Source: Bryobacterales bacterium
Lineage (GTDB): Bacteria > Acidobacteriota > Terriglobia > Bryobacterales > UBA6623
DNA: 64,000 bases
NCBI GenBank assembly: GCA_963422375.2
Contig: OY729428.2
Span: 3,488,001 to 3,552,000, forward strand
Direction: 5' to 3'
The number at the start of each line of letters is the position of its first letter. The first letter of the stretch is position 1. The translations under genes and the position numbers were made by a program. Shown here in pieces: positions 26,489-37,265 of the stretch. Below the pieces are notes generated by a model. That model did no database searches, was not told the origin of the DNA, and saw nothing but the letters and a program-made list of their open reading frames with translations.

Positions 26489-27829
26489 CTACGGAGCAAG
26501 CGTGCAGGCGGCGCTCGGCTGGCTCGCAAGGACTCTGCTTCCCGGCACTCCGCCGTACGACAGTGGCTGCGGCACGCTCGCGAACTCGCCCACCGCCTTG
26601 AACAGCGGTCGGAAGTCCCGGTCCAAGTTGCCAATGAGACAGTCCGTCACGTCCCCGCGCAGATCCGGGTAGCGCCTCAGAAGGGCCCCGAAACTGAACG
26701 TCTCGTCGTAGAAGGCGTAGACCAGCTTGCGCATCGCCTCGATCCCCCTGCAGAGATCCGCGCCGTACTCCTTGAACCGGGACGCGCTAACGTCGCCCGC
26801 ACGGAGAGCCGCGTCGGCGGCGTGGGCGGCCCGCTCGCCGCCGAGCAGAGCAAGCAGGACGCCGGACGAGAAGACGGGGTCGAGGAAAGTGAAGGCGTCC
26901 CCCGCCAGCACGAGCCCGTGCCCTGCGCAGTAGCGCGACCGGTACGAGTACTCGGCCGTCACGCGGATCGGCTCGCAGCGATTCCCTTGCGCGAGGTGCT
27001 CCTTGATCCACTCGTTCGCCTGAATCTCGCGGCACCAGACCCGCTCCAAGTCCTTGCCCTCGCGGTACAGGTAGTCGCGTTCGGCAACCACGCCGACGCT
27101 GACCAAGTTGTCAGGGAGCGGGATGTACCAGAACCAGCCCTTCTCCGGCAGGTAGGCGACCGTAGTCGCACCCTCCCTGAGCCCCTCGTCCCGCATCGCT
27201 CCGTGGTAGTAAGTCCAGATGGCGACCTTGTTCAGCTCCGGGTCGGGCACGATCCAGCCCAGCTGCGTCGCGGCGAATCCGTGGCGGCCACCGCAGTCGA
27301 TGGTGACGGGCGCCCGCAAGGGGAAGGCTTCGCCGTCACGCTCGACCAGAAGGCCCTCGCACGCGTCACCGTTCATAAGGAGCCGCCTGGCCTTGGCCCC
27401 CATCATGGTGCGCGCGCCCTTCCTGACGGCGTTCTCGAGCATCATTCGGTCGAACTCGCTGCGCACCACTTGCCACGTCTGCGAGGCGGGATGGTCGAAG
27501 TGCTGGTGGAAATAGAAGGGCGCCGAAACCCTGCCGTCGATCAGCACGAACTGCACGCTGTACTTCTTCACGAAGCTCGAGGCGCGCAGCTTCTCGATCA
27601 TCCCGATGCGCTCCAAGGGGAAGTAACAGTAGGGCAGCAGAGACTCGCCGACCTTGTAGCGCGGAAAGCGCTCGCGCTCGACGACCAGTACCCGCCTGCC
27701 CTTGTCCGCCAGCACGGCCGCCGCCGTGGCACCGGCCGGGCCGCCGCCGAGGATCAGGACGTCGCAATCCGCCGGGGAGGATCGAGCTCCGCGCTCTCCC
27801 GCCGCCCCTTCGGCGCTGCCGTCACGCAT
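26489..27829 (-). CDS. Flavin-dependent halogenase-like FAD oxidoreductase
   Basis: GGGPAG, FPRYKVGESLLP, RSEFD, GWFWYIP (WxWxIP) and GDAFTFLDPVFSSG. Confidence 0.85.
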   Translation of the reverse strand: MRDGSAEGAAGERGARSSPADCDVLILGGGPAGATAAAVLADKGRRVLVVERERFPRYKVGESLLPYCYFPLERIGMIEKLRASSFVKKYSVQFVLIDGRVSAPFYFHQHFDHPASQTWQVVRSEFDRMMLENAVRKGARTMMGAKARRLLMNGDACEGLLVERDGEAFPLRAPVTIDCGGRHGFAATQLGWIVPDPELNKVAIWTYYHGAMRDEGLREGATTVAYLPEKGWFWYIPLPDNLVSVGVVAERDYLYREGKDLERVWCREIQANEWIKEHLAQGNRCEPIRVTAEYSYRSRYCAGHGLVLAGDAFTFLDPVFSSGVLLALLGGERAAHAADAALRAGDVSASRFKEYGADLCRGIEAMRKLVYAFYDETFSFGALLRRYPDLRGDVTDCLIGNLDRDFRPLFKAVGEFASVPQPLSYGGVPGSRVLASQPSAACTLAP

Positions 27830-29159
27830 ATCGGATGTTCGTGTGCTCGGGCAGGAAAAAGGCGTGCAGCAGGCGGTCGACCTGCAGCAGGCCCTCGCGG
27901 GTGAGGTCTATGCGGTCGCTGTCGAAATCGAGCATGCCGTGCCTTTGGAACAGCGCCAGTTCCTCGCCCCAGCGCTCGGTCACGTTCACGCCGAAGCGCT
28001 CCGAGAACTGTCGCGTGTCGAGGTGCCCGAGCTTCAATTTCAGAACGAACTGCCGGATCATCGCCTCCTGCGCGGTGACCGGCAGGGCCCGCGAAACCGG
28101 CAGCGCACCCGACGCGAGCCTGTCCAGATAAGGCTGCATGTGAGGCTCGTTCTGGTAGTGAACGCCATCTAGGTAGCCGAAGGCGGAAACGCCCAGCGCC
28201 AGCATGTCCGCTCCGTCCCACAGCTTGTCGCGATACACTAAGCGGATCGTCGACGAGTCGCGCACCGCGGTATAGGCGCTGCCTACCGCATAGCCTTGCG
28301 CCTCCAGCGCGTCGAACGCCTCGCGCGTCCAGCGCCGCTTGGTCGGCCAGTCGGCCACGGGCGCGGCCGCCGCGCCCCGCTCCCGCATGCCCTTGTAGAT
28401 GGTGGTGTTCAAGGGGATCTCCATCTGATAGACGGTGACCGCGTCCGGCGCGAGGCGCACCGTCTCCCCGACCGTGCGCGCCCACTTGGCGTCCGTCTCG
28501 CCCACCATGCCGGCGATCAGGTCGAGATTGACCTGATCGAACCCGGTCCGACGCAGCCAGTCCCAGGCGCGATAGATCTCCATGGAGCGATGCGCCCTGT
28601 TGTTCGCCGCCAGGATTTCGTCGTCGAAGTTCTCCACCCCAAGGCTGAGCCGGTTCACTCCGAAGCTGCGGATCGTCCGCAGCTTGCGCTCGGTCAGCGT
28701 CCCCGGCTCGCACTCGAAAGCCACTTCGCTGGGCTCGTGCCATGGCAGAGCCGCGCGCAGCCCTTCCATCAGCCGCGAGAGCTGCTTGCCGGAAAGGTAC
28801 GACGGCGTGCCTCCGCCGAAATAGATGAAATCGAGCTGCCGCCCAGATAGGAAAGGCTGGCGGGCAGCCAGCCGCGCCTCCCGCAGCAGCGCGTCCAAGT
28901 AAGCCTCGATCTCCGCGTGGTTCTTGTCCGTATAGACGCGGAAGTAGCAGAAATCGCAGCGCTTGCGACAAAACGGCAGGTGGATGTACAGGCCGAGCGG
29001 CGTCTCGGGCCGCCCAGGCCGCCCGAGCCGCTCCACGGCGCTGGAGGTCTTCTCCCGCCGCCAGACCGAGAACGGCGGGTAGTTGGAGACGAAGTAGTTC
29101 CCTGCCTGCGTGAGGTCCTGGCCGGACAGCACCGCCAGCGAATCAGATGCCTGTGCCAT
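27822..29159 (-). CDS. HemN-like (class C) radical SAM protein
   Basis: LYIHLPFCRKRCDFCYF (CxxxCxxC), YFGGGTPS, RLSLGVE and NLDLIAG; overlaps the next gene by 8 bp. Confidence 0.9.
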   Translation of the reverse strand: MAQASDSLAVLSGQDLTQAGNYFVSNYPPFSVWRREKTSSAVERLGRPGRPETPLGLYIHLPFCRKRCDFCYFRVYTDKNHAEIEAYLDALLREARLAARQPFLSGRQLDFIYFGGGTPSYLSGKQLSRLMEGLRAALPWHEPSEVAFECEPGTLTERKLRTIRSFGVNRLSLGVENFDDEILAANNRAHRSMEIYRAWDWLRRTGFDQVNLDLIAGMVGETDAKWARTVGETVRLAPDAVTVYQMEIPLNTTIYKGMRERGAAAAPVADWPTKRRWTREAFDALEAQGYAVGSAYTAVRDSSTIRLVYRDKLWDGADMLALGVSAFGYLDGVHYQNEPHMQPYLDRLASGALPVSRALPVTAQEAMIRQFVLKLKLGHLDTRQFSERFGVNVTERWGEELALFQRHGMLDFDSDRIDLTREGLLQVDRLLHAFFLPEHTNIRYA

Positions 29160-29224
29160 GCGCGAGAGTGCCCGACTGGGATCCCACCCTATTCTGACAC
29201 GCCATCCAGACTTGGACGGGACGG

Positions 29225-30979
29225 CTACTCGAGGTCCCCGAGCGAACTGTCGGGACAGCCACCCGGCTGCGAGGGATCCGCCATGGCGATGTACGCGCCG
29301 ACCTCCTCCGCAAGCATGTCGAGGGGCAAGGGACCGTGTCGCAGCACGGCCTCGTGGAAATCCCGGACGTCGAACGCGGCCCCGTACGCCTCGCACGCGG
29401 CGGACCTGAGCTCGAGGATCTTGAGCTGGCCCATCTTGTACGCGAGAGCCTGTCCGGGCCACGCGATGTAACGGTCCACCTCGCTTTCGTCGCCGAGGTA
29501 GTCAATCGCCTGCTGCCGCGTCCAGCCCTTGGCGTGGAGCCCGGTGTCCACGACCAGCCTGCGCGCCCGGAAGCGCTCGCTCTCGAGGGCACCGAAGCGG
29601 CTGGGCGGGTCGTCGTAAATGCCAAGGTCGCCGCCTAGCGTCTCGGCGTAGAGAGCCCAGCCCTCGACATACGACGTGGAATGGTAGATCTTGCGGAATT
29701 CGGGCAGCCCCTCGAGCTCCAGCTGGGACGCAATCTGCAGGTGATGCCCGGGGTTGGTCTCGTGCAGCACCAGGGCCGGCTTGTCGAAGCGCGACTGCCG
29801 CTCGGCCCGGTAGGCCTTCAGATTGAACCAGCCTGGCCGCGAGCCGTCGGCCGCGGGCGCGTTGTAGTTGGACGCCGAAGCCGCCTCTCGGTCAGGCGGG
29901 ATGGCGCGAATCCCGACCGGGTGCCGCGGCAGCTTGCGGAACAGGCGCGGCAGCTCTGGCGCAACCCGCATCGCGAGGTCGCGATGATAGGCCAGCATCT
30001 GCTGCTTGCTCTCGAACAGATACCGGGGATCGGTCATCAGGTGGCGTTCGTACTCCCGCGAGGTGCCGTCGAAGCCGGCGTCGCGCGCGATCTTCCCCAT
30101 TGCCCGGTCGATCCGCTCGACCTCGCGCAGGCCGATCTCGTGGATCTCGTCCGGGGTCAGGTCGAGCGAGGTGTGATGCCGGACGAAGAACCGGTAGATC
30201 TCCCGGCCGTCCGGCAGGCCCGTCACCGCGACCATCGGGCGAGCCGCCGGCGCGTACTCGTGCGCGAGGAAGTCGCGCAGCCTTTTCCAAGCGGGCTGAA
30301 ACGCCTCGCGATAGGCGTGCTCCGCCTGGCTGGCCAGCTCCCGGCGGCGGGCTTCCGGAATCTCGGGCGGAAGTCGGCGGAACGGCTCTATCAGCGGAGC
30401 CTGCTCCGGGCCGGGCCGGGCCTGCGCCTCGAGCTGTTGCACCACGATGTCCGTGACGAGCCTCGGCTGGACAACTCCGCTGGCGATCGCATCCCTCAGC
30501 GTGCCGATGCTCCGGTCAATGTAGGCCGGGACGGCGCGCAGGCGGGCGAGCATGTTCTCGTAATCCGCCTCGGTCCGAGCGGGCATCTCGCGCATCGTGA
30601 GGAGCACGTTAGTGTGAAGGCCGAATAGCTGGTTGAGTCGGACCAGGCGCGCTTCGTAGACGAGGCCTTCCCGTTCCGCTTCGAGCTGGCGCCGCAGGAG
30701 CTTCAGACCTATGCGGTCGTCAGCGCCCAAGTCCGCGGACTCGAATGCGGACAATTCGGCGAGATAGCCCTCGACCCTCCCGCTCCATGCCTCCAGCGCC
30801 GGGCGCGACCAGTCGCGCCAGCGCGTGTCGTGGTCGGTGCGCCCCAGCGAGGTCGCGACTTCCGGGTTTTCCCGAAGGTAGTCTTCGAAGTACCGGTGGA
30901 AGAGATTGGACAGCCCGGCGTCGGGCTGTTGGCAGCCGACGGCCATGCACAGCAGGGCTAGAGCGAGGCTGACGCGCAT
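29225..30979 (-). CDS. DUF885 family lipoprotein
   Basis: Lipobox AVGC; HETNPGHHLQ, EGWALYAE, RARRLVVDTGLH and EVDRY...PGQALAYKMG. Confidence 0.92.
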   Translation of the reverse strand: MRVSLALALLCMAVGCQQPDAGLSNLFHRYFEDYLRENPEVATSLGRTDHDTRWRDWSRPALEAWSGRVEGYLAELSAFESADLGADDRIGLKLLRRQLEAEREGLVYEARLVRLNQLFGLHTNVLLTMREMPARTEADYENMLARLRAVPAYIDRSIGTLRDAIASGVVQPRLVTDIVVQQLEAQARPGPEQAPLIEPFRRLPPEIPEARRRELASQAEHAYREAFQPAWKRLRDFLAHEYAPAARPMVAVTGLPDGREIYRFFVRHHTSLDLTPDEIHEIGLREVERIDRAMGKIARDAGFDGTSREYERHLMTDPRYLFESKQQMLAYHRDLAMRVAPELPRLFRKLPRHPVGIRAIPPDREAASASNYNAPAADGSRPGWFNLKAYRAERQSRFDKPALVLHETNPGHHLQIASQLELEGLPEFRKIYHSTSYVEGWALYAETLGGDLGIYDDPPSRFGALESERFRARRLVVDTGLHAKGWTRQQAIDYLGDESEVDRYIAWPGQALAYKMGQLKILELRSAACEAYGAAFDVRDFHEAVLRHGPLPLDMLAEEVGAYIAMADPSQPGGCPDSSLGDLE

Positions 30980-31601
30980 ACGTTCCTATCTTGCGTTATC
31001 GCCCGGTCATCGACGAATGCAGTGCAAGCGCCAAGGAGGTTGAAAACTGTCGGATCATGTCCGAAGGCCGGCCCGGGCCAGCCCGTGTCCGATCTTCGCA
31101 CCGAGCCCCCGTGCGGAAGGACCGGTCCGCGATCGACGACCTCGCCGTCTGGTGCCCCGAGGAGGTGCAGCCCCCGCTGCATGCATTCCGTCGACTTGCC
31201 GGCTTCTGCCCGCGATGCCAGCGGAGGCAGCGCAGGTCCGACTCCGCCGAGGACGGCGCGAGGCACTCGCCTTCCGTGCATCCGCGGCGGGCCCTGGCCG
31301 GGAGGCCCGCCCCTAATGGCTGCCTCCGGGTGCCGCGTCCGCTCGGTGTGGTCGCGCGTCCGGCATCGCGGGCCTGCGTCGCGGCAGTGCCTAGGCGAGA
31401 GATCATCCGGAACGCTCCGTTCCCGTGGTTCGCACACTCCTCGGCCGGGAGCTCTTGTCATAGGTCCCGCCGGGACGGGGCGGAATACCGACTTGCAGCA
31501 GGCAGCGCGCTCGCACCACGCGCCAGCATCTACGGAACCCGGCGGAGTCTTCGGTACACTCGGGGATTCGGCCGTCTGGAGCGGACGGACCGAGCGAGAC
31601 C

Positions 31602-32366
31602 ATGGCGGCTAGGCTGGACGGCAGGGTCGCTATCGTCACAGGCGGGGCGAAGGGGCTTGGCGCTGCCTACGCGAAGGCACTGGCGGCGCAAGGCGCGACA
31701 TGCGTAATCGCCGACATCGCGGACGGAGCCGGGGTGGTCGACGCGATCCGGAATGCAGGCGGGAACGCCTGCGCGATCCCGACGGACGTGACCGACGAGG
31801 CCGCTGTACAGCGGCTGGTCTCGGAAGTGCTGGGCCGTTTCGGGCGGATCGACGTGCTCATCAACAACGCCGCAGTCTACGCGTCCCTCGCTCCCGTCGC
31901 ATTCCAGGAGATCGAAGCCGACCTTTGGGACCGCGTCATGGCTGTCAATGTCAGGGGCAGCTTCTTGATGGCCAAGCACGTCGCCCCTGCAATGATCGGG
32001 CGCGGGTCAGGGAAGATCATCAACGTGTCCTCCGGGACAGCCTACAAGGGGCAGCCGACCCGCATGGCGCACTACATTACCTCCAAGGGTGCCGTCGTGT
32101 CCCTCACCAGGGCGCTCTCGAGGGAACTCGGCGAGCACGGCATCTGCGTGAACACGCTGGCACCCGGCCTCATTCTGAGCGACAGCATCCTAGAAAACGA
32201 GTCGCACCTCGAGATGTCGGCCGACTCGGTCCTGGCCAGCAGGGCCTTGAAGCGACATGGCCGCCCCCGCGACGTGCTCGGGGCCGTGACCTTCCTTGCG
32301 TCCTCGGAGAGCGACTTCATCACGGGCCAGACTATAGCCGTTGACGGAGGATCGATCAACACATAG
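31602..32366 (+). CDS. Short-chain dehydrogenase/reductase
   Basis: TGGAKGLG, NNAA, NVSS, YITSK (YxxxK) and FITGQTIAVDGG. Confidence 0.93.
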   Translation: MAARLDGRVAIVTGGAKGLGAAYAKALAAQGATCVIADIADGAGVVDAIRNAGGNACAIPTDVTDEAAVQRLVSEVLGRFGRIDVLINNAAVYASLAPVAFQEIEADLWDRVMAVNVRGSFLMAKHVAPAMIGRGSGKIINVSSGTAYKGQPTRMAHYITSKGAVVSLTRALSRELGEHGICVNTLAPGLILSDSILENESHLEMSADSVLASRALKRHGRPRDVLGAVTFLASSESDFITGQTIAVDGGSINT

Positions 32367-32901
32367 CGCCCGCCGGGCTATCCGCCTCAAAGGCAGCTTC
32401 GGCGCCGGGAGGTTTCCAGAGAGACCGGCCCCGGACGCGGCACTCCGATAGCTTGCCGGACGGATGCAGTGCCGGCACTTCGCGTCGGGACGAGACTCGG
32501 ACCCCGGTTGCACATACTTCGCCCCTGCCGCTCCTGAATCACGAGGCCAACCGCGACCACGGGCGATCTTGAGGTCAGCCATCGCGCTGGAGTATCGGGT
32601 CGGTGCTGGGAGGCCGGGCTAGGCCTGTTCGCTCGCCGTGTTTCGGGGGCACGGCTCCCATCACACAGGCATCCAACCGGATTCCCGCGGGCTTGCCGAC
32701 ACTAGAGCTGCAGCTACCCCGGCTGGCCCTGCAAATAGGCGCTCGAGACCGATCAACTACAACATGTGGACCGAGCGACGGTGGCTCGCCGACGCGACTC
32801 CGATGCGTCCGGCGGGATCCCAAGCGGACGCCAAGCTCTCGGAACGGCCATGCTAGACTGAATGCCGGGATCGGGTTCGTGGTGCGGGCTCGGTCGAGAA
32901 T

Positions 32902-33825
32902 ATGCCTGTTCCGCTCGAACGGGCAGGCCCCAAGAGAGGCTTGCCTGCCTGGCGCCGATGGCCTCGCTCACGCGTGCATGCCCTCAGCCGCGCCGTCATC
33001 TGCGTCTCGGTGGCAGGCAGCATGGGCGGGCTGTTCCTAGTACCGACCAGCGGCTGGCTCTATGCCATCGATATCTTGGTGCGCACCTGGCTCGTGTTCC
33101 TCGGGACGGTAATGGCCCACGAGGGCTCCCACGGGCATCTGGGCCGGTCCCGAGCCGCCAATCTCTGGTGGGGGCGCGTAGCGCTCGTGCCGAGCATGGT
33201 TCCGTACGCGAACTTTCGGAAGACGCACCTGGACCATCACCGCTACACCAACCTAGAGGACCGCGACCCTGATCTCTTCATCAAGCCGCGCAGCGAGTGG
33301 GAAATCCCGCTGCGGGCCGTCTTGATGCCCCATCACTGGTTCTTCTGGCTGCGGAGCCGCGGGAGGCTCGGTCGCGAGCACGCTCGAGACTTGCTGCTGA
33401 ACTATGCCGGTATCGCCGCCTGCTACCTTCCAGTTCTGGTCGTCGCGGGCCCCGGGAGGCTGTTATGGGGAATGCTCCCCGTACTGATTCTAGTGTCGCT
33501 CCTGCTGTGGTACCCATTCGCCTACCTGACGCACGAGGGCTTCTCGCGGGGGAGCGCCGCGGCCCGCTCGCACGACTACTTCGGGCTCCCCGCCTACTGG
33601 TTCTCGTTCGGCCTGTCCATGCATCGGGTCCACCACATGTTTCCTCAGCTCGCATGGATCGAGTTGCTGCAATTCGTCCGGAAGGCCGCTCCGGGGAGCC
33701 GGTCGTGGCTGCCCCGTCGCGACATCCGGTACGAGACCGTTGGTGGATCGGATGACCAACTCGGCCCCGCTCGGCACGCTGGATCTCGTGTGCCTGCTGA
33801 TGGACGGCAGGCCGAGCCCGCTTGA
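32902..33825 (+). CDS. Membrane fatty-acid desaturase family protein
   Basis: Three His boxes (HEGSH, HLDHH, HRVHH) with hydrophobic segments; start uncertain. Confidence 0.85.
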   Translation: MPVPLERAGPKRGLPAWRRWPRSRVHALSRAVICVSVAGSMGGLFLVPTSGWLYAIDILVRTWLVFLGTVMAHEGSHGHLGRSRAANLWWGRVALVPSMVPYANFRKTHLDHHRYTNLEDRDPDLFIKPRSEWEIPLRAVLMPHHWFFWLRSRGRLGREHARDLLLNYAGIAACYLPVLVVAGPGRLLWGMLPVLILVSLLLWYPFAYLTHEGFSRGSAAARSHDYFGLPAYWFSFGLSMHRVHHMFPQLAWIELLQFVRKAAPGSRSWLPRRDIRYETVGGSDDQLGPARHAGSRVPADGRQAEPA

Positions 33826-34978
33826 TTTCGCGCTGATCCTCGATTTCTCGAGGCCGCTCGACCTGAGGGCGCTGCGGAGAGGCTCCGCGAGCGCCCGAAA
33901 CGCTTTTCCCTCGACGGGATCGGCCGCGACCGGGAAACGCTGGCTCCGAATGCCGGATGCGGGCGGCGTGATCGAATCGCCTTGCCCGCCGGACGCCCGG
34001 ATCCGCGTCTTGGAGGCATTCGTCGATGCTCCCTTCGACGTGACCTCGGAGCCACCCGTGCGACAGATGCTCGTTCGCAGCGCTTCCGGCCAGGGAGCCT
34101 GCCTGGCAACCCGATTCCACCATTGCGCCGCCGACCTGCTGAGCGCTTGGGCGTGGCTCCGGCATCAGCTGCGGGTAGCCAAGGGAGCCGCCCAGCCCAG
34201 CCACCCAGCGCCCTTCCGTCAGCCGGTTCTCCGGGCGGCGCCTCCGGGGGCGCGACGGAATCCCTACCGAGGCCGCAGCGACCCGATCTGGACGCGCGCG
34301 GGCCGCCCGTCAGGGAAGCGCCGCTGGTCCGCGATCACCGTGCCGCCGAGCCGCTTCGCGGGCCTGTCGAAGGAGCGGGACGGCTTCACGTACAACGACG
34401 TCCTCGTTGCGGCGACGCTCGAAACGACGCGCTGGTGGAACTCCCGCAACGGAGCGCCCGACCGCCGCGTCGGCGTCTGGGTGCCGATGAACATCCGGCG
34501 CGAACAGTTCGCGGGGTTCGGGAACGGCTCCAGCCGGATCCGCGTGAGACTGAGGCCCTCCGGGGATGCAAGCCTACGGGAACGGTGCCTCGACGTCCGC
34601 GCGCAAGTAGACCGGGCGAGGCATGCAGGCGAGTGGACCGTGCCGTCTCGTCCGATTCTGCCGATGCTGCCGCTGGCGCTCGCCGCGCCCTTGATCCGGG
34701 CCTATCTCCAGCGCCCGTGGGCTGACATGGGCTCGCTTTCGTTCACTCACCTCCAGCGTTGGCCCGGCCAGGCGGGCGACTTCGGAGCGCTCGAGCGGCT
34801 GGAGCTCGTCGGAGCCCTGCACAAGCGGCATCCGCTGATGCTGGCCGCCGTAACCGCCCTCGATCGGACTTGGCTTACGTTGACCTTCGACCCAGCGCTG
34901 CTGCGGGAGAAGGACGTCGCAGAGATCGGCCAGCGATTCCTCGAGACCGCCCTGTCCGTCGCGGAGGCTCGGGAGTGA
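33752..34978 (+). CDS. CoA-dependent acyltransferase / condensation-domain-like protein
   Basis: FHHCAAD (HHxxxD), PFDVTSEPPVR, TYNDVLVAA and VPMNIR...GN. Confidence 0.75.
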   Translation: MTNSAPLGTLDLVCLLMDGRPSPLDFALILDFSRPLDLRALRRGSASARNAFPSTGSAATGKRWLRMPDAGGVIESPCPPDARIRVLEAFVDAPFDVTSEPPVRQMLVRSASGQGACLATRFHHCAADLLSAWAWLRHQLRVAKGAAQPSHPAPFRQPVLRAAPPGARRNPYRGRSDPIWTRAGRPSGKRRWSAITVPPSRFAGLSKERDGFTYNDVLVAATLETTRWWNSRNGAPDRRVGVWVPMNIRREQFAGFGNGSSRIRVRLRPSGDASLRERCLDVRAQVDRARHAGEWTVPSRPILPMLPLALAAPLIRAYLQRPWADMGSLSFTHLQRWPGQAGDFGALERLELVGALHKRHPLMLAAVTALDRTWLTLTFDPALLREKDVAEIGQRFLETALSVAEARE

Positions 34979-35514
34979 ACTGGCAGGCGGGCCGGGGCAA
35001 GTTCCAAACGTCGGGTCGGTCTCCCTGATCAGCCGGGCGGACGCCAGCATGCGCCGCTCGGCACCGACGCCTCCGCGGACGGAACGGACCCTCGCTCCGA
35101 ATCGGGGACTTGCTTCGCGACGGGACTCGGCAGCGAGGGCAGCGGCGGCCGCCAAGGCCGCGGGAGGCACGCCGCCCACTCGGTCCTGGGCCGAACCCGC
35201 CTTGCACGCTGCCGCACGAGCTGGCGCCGCACCGCGGGAAGAGCGCCGGCGACGAAGGTTGGCACCTGCGGTCAACCTACCCGACGGCCGGCAGCCGGAA
35301 TCCGGCATTCATGCACGCATGTCGCAACCTGCCGGATACCCCGTATCGCTCAAGGCCGAATGCTAATGTATTGTTGCTCCGGCCGCTCGGCGCGGCAGCG
35401 GGCCAATCGGCAATTCCCGTTCGCACCTGCAGTGCCCGGAGGCAAGCTTGGTCCCGCTAGGTGGTCCCAGCGCAGAAAGCCCCACTCCGGGGCAGAACTG
35501 GATCACTGCCCGAC

Positions 35515-36912
35515 ATGAACCGAATGCAATCCTTCCTCTCCCCTTTCCGAGTCTCTGGCATCCGAGGCTCCGCACTGGCCGTTCTCATGGCCCTGCTCGT
35601 TCTCGCATTTGCGCCGCCAGCGGCGCAAGCGGCAGTCGACGGCGAGGTGGGATACGTCCTGAATACCTTCGCCTTCCTAATCTGGGGGGCGCTCGTGATG
35701 TGGATGGCTGCGGGCTTCACCATGCTCGAGGCCGGCTCCGTTCGCACGAAGAACGCATCGGTGATCTGCCTCAAGAACATCGGGCTCTACTGCATCGCGG
35801 GGATCACCTTCTACGTGATCGGCTACAACCTCATGTACGTCGGCGTCCCGGAGGGCGGATTCATCGGCTCTCTCAAGTTCCTGTACGGGACAACGCCCGA
35901 GGAGGTGGCCCTGCTGGGCGGGTCGGCGGACGCCGCCACCGTGGTGGGCAGCGGTCACGCGGTGATGTCGGACTGGTTCTTCCAAATGGTGTTCGTGGGC
36001 ACGACGGCCTCAATCGTGTCCGGCGCCTTGGCCGAGCGAGTCAAGCTGTGGTCATTCTTCCTGTTCATCGCCGTGCTGACGGCCGTGATCTACCCGATCG
36101 TCGGCGCCTGGCACTGGGGCGAGGGCTGGCTCTACGAATTGGGCTTCAAGGATTTCGCGGGATCCACGATCGTTCATTCGACCGGCGGTTGGGCGGCCTT
36201 GGCGGGCGCCATCATCGTCGGGCCGCGATCGGGCAAGTTCCGCAAGGACGGCAGCGTCAAGCTGACGCCGCCCTCCAACGTCCCGTCCGTCACGCTCGGA
36301 GTGTTCATCCTCTGGCTGGGCTGGTTCGGATTCAACGCCGGATCGCAACTCTCGATGTCCGGCGCGGTCGACGCAGTGGCGATCAGCAATATCATCGTCA
36401 ACACGAATCTCTCGGCCGCTGCGGGTGTCCTCACGGCCATCTTCCTGTCACGCCCGCTCCTGGGCCGCGTCGACCTCCTCGCAGGCCTGAACGGGGGCAT
36501 CGCCGGCCTAGTCGCGATCACCGCCGGCCCGGACATCACGTCGCATACGTGGGCGATCGTCATCGGCATCGTCGGAAGCGCGATCTGCACGACAGGGTTG
36601 AAGCTGCTGGAGACAGTGAAGGTCGACGACGTCGTCGGCGCCATTCCCGCACACCTCTTCGTGGGCATCTGGGGGACGCTGGCAACCTGTATCGCCGGCG
36701 GCGGGAACTTCCTGGTGCAACTGGTCGGAGTGCTGGCAGTGGGTGTCTTCGTATTCGCCTTGTCGATGCTGGTCTGGCTTGCGATCGACAAGACGATGGG
36801 TGCGCGCATTTCGGCAACCGTCGAGGCATTGGGCCAGGACGCCGCCGAACTGGGAATCGACGCGTATCCGGAATTCGTGGTCATGCCCGACATGGACGAA
36901 GACGGCAAATGA
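35515..36912 (+). CDS. amtB: Ammonium transporter
   Basis: GFTMLEAGSVRTKN, FFQMVF, IVSGALAER, DFAGSTIVH, LWLGWFGFNAGS and DDVVGAIPAH (twin His). Confidence 0.96.
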   Translation: MNRMQSFLSPFRVSGIRGSALAVLMALLVLAFAPPAAQAAVDGEVGYVLNTFAFLIWGALVMWMAAGFTMLEAGSVRTKNASVICLKNIGLYCIAGITFYVIGYNLMYVGVPEGGFIGSLKFLYGTTPEEVALLGGSADAATVVGSGHAVMSDWFFQMVFVGTTASIVSGALAERVKLWSFFLFIAVLTAVIYPIVGAWHWGEGWLYELGFKDFAGSTIVHSTGGWAALAGAIIVGPRSGKFRKDGSVKLTPPSNVPSVTLGVFILWLGWFGFNAGSQLSMSGAVDAVAISNIIVNTNLSAAAGVLTAIFLSRPLLGRVDLLAGLNGGIAGLVAITAGPDITSHTWAIVIGIVGSAICTTGLKLLETVKVDDVVGAIPAHLFVGIWGTLATCIAGGGNFLVQLVGVLAVGVFVFALSMLVWLAIDKTMGARISATVEALGQDAAELGIDAYPEFVVMPDMDEDGK

Positions 36913-37265
36913 GAGCCCGGGACGGACGTACCCTGAGTTCCGTGCCGCGGGGCCCGTGGCGACGGCCGGTGCAGCGAACACCCCCGCCGCTCGCGCTGCC
37001 CGGCAGGCCGTCACATTCCTTCCGGGGGCGGAAGTCCTTGATTGCGCCGTAGAGAGGCGACGCGGGGTCCGAGAAGCCGGTCCGCCGAGGCGGGGCCGCA
37101 GCGTCGCGCGCGTACCATTGCCGCGCCGGACTACGGGACATCGCCAACGTCGGCCGGGGCGGACCGCCGGTCCTGATTCGGACCGACGGCCTCCCACGGG
37201 CTCGCCGCGAGCCAGCCCGCGCGCTCCCCTGCCGCCGCAGTAGGCTCACCGCGGGATCCGGCAGG

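Noticed and set aside
30991..31600. ORFs or riboswitch in long intergenic gaps (30980-31600, 32370-32900, 34980-35500, 50220-50770)
   Set aside because: No protein motifs or recognisable riboswitch consensus; short stems are expected at this GC content.
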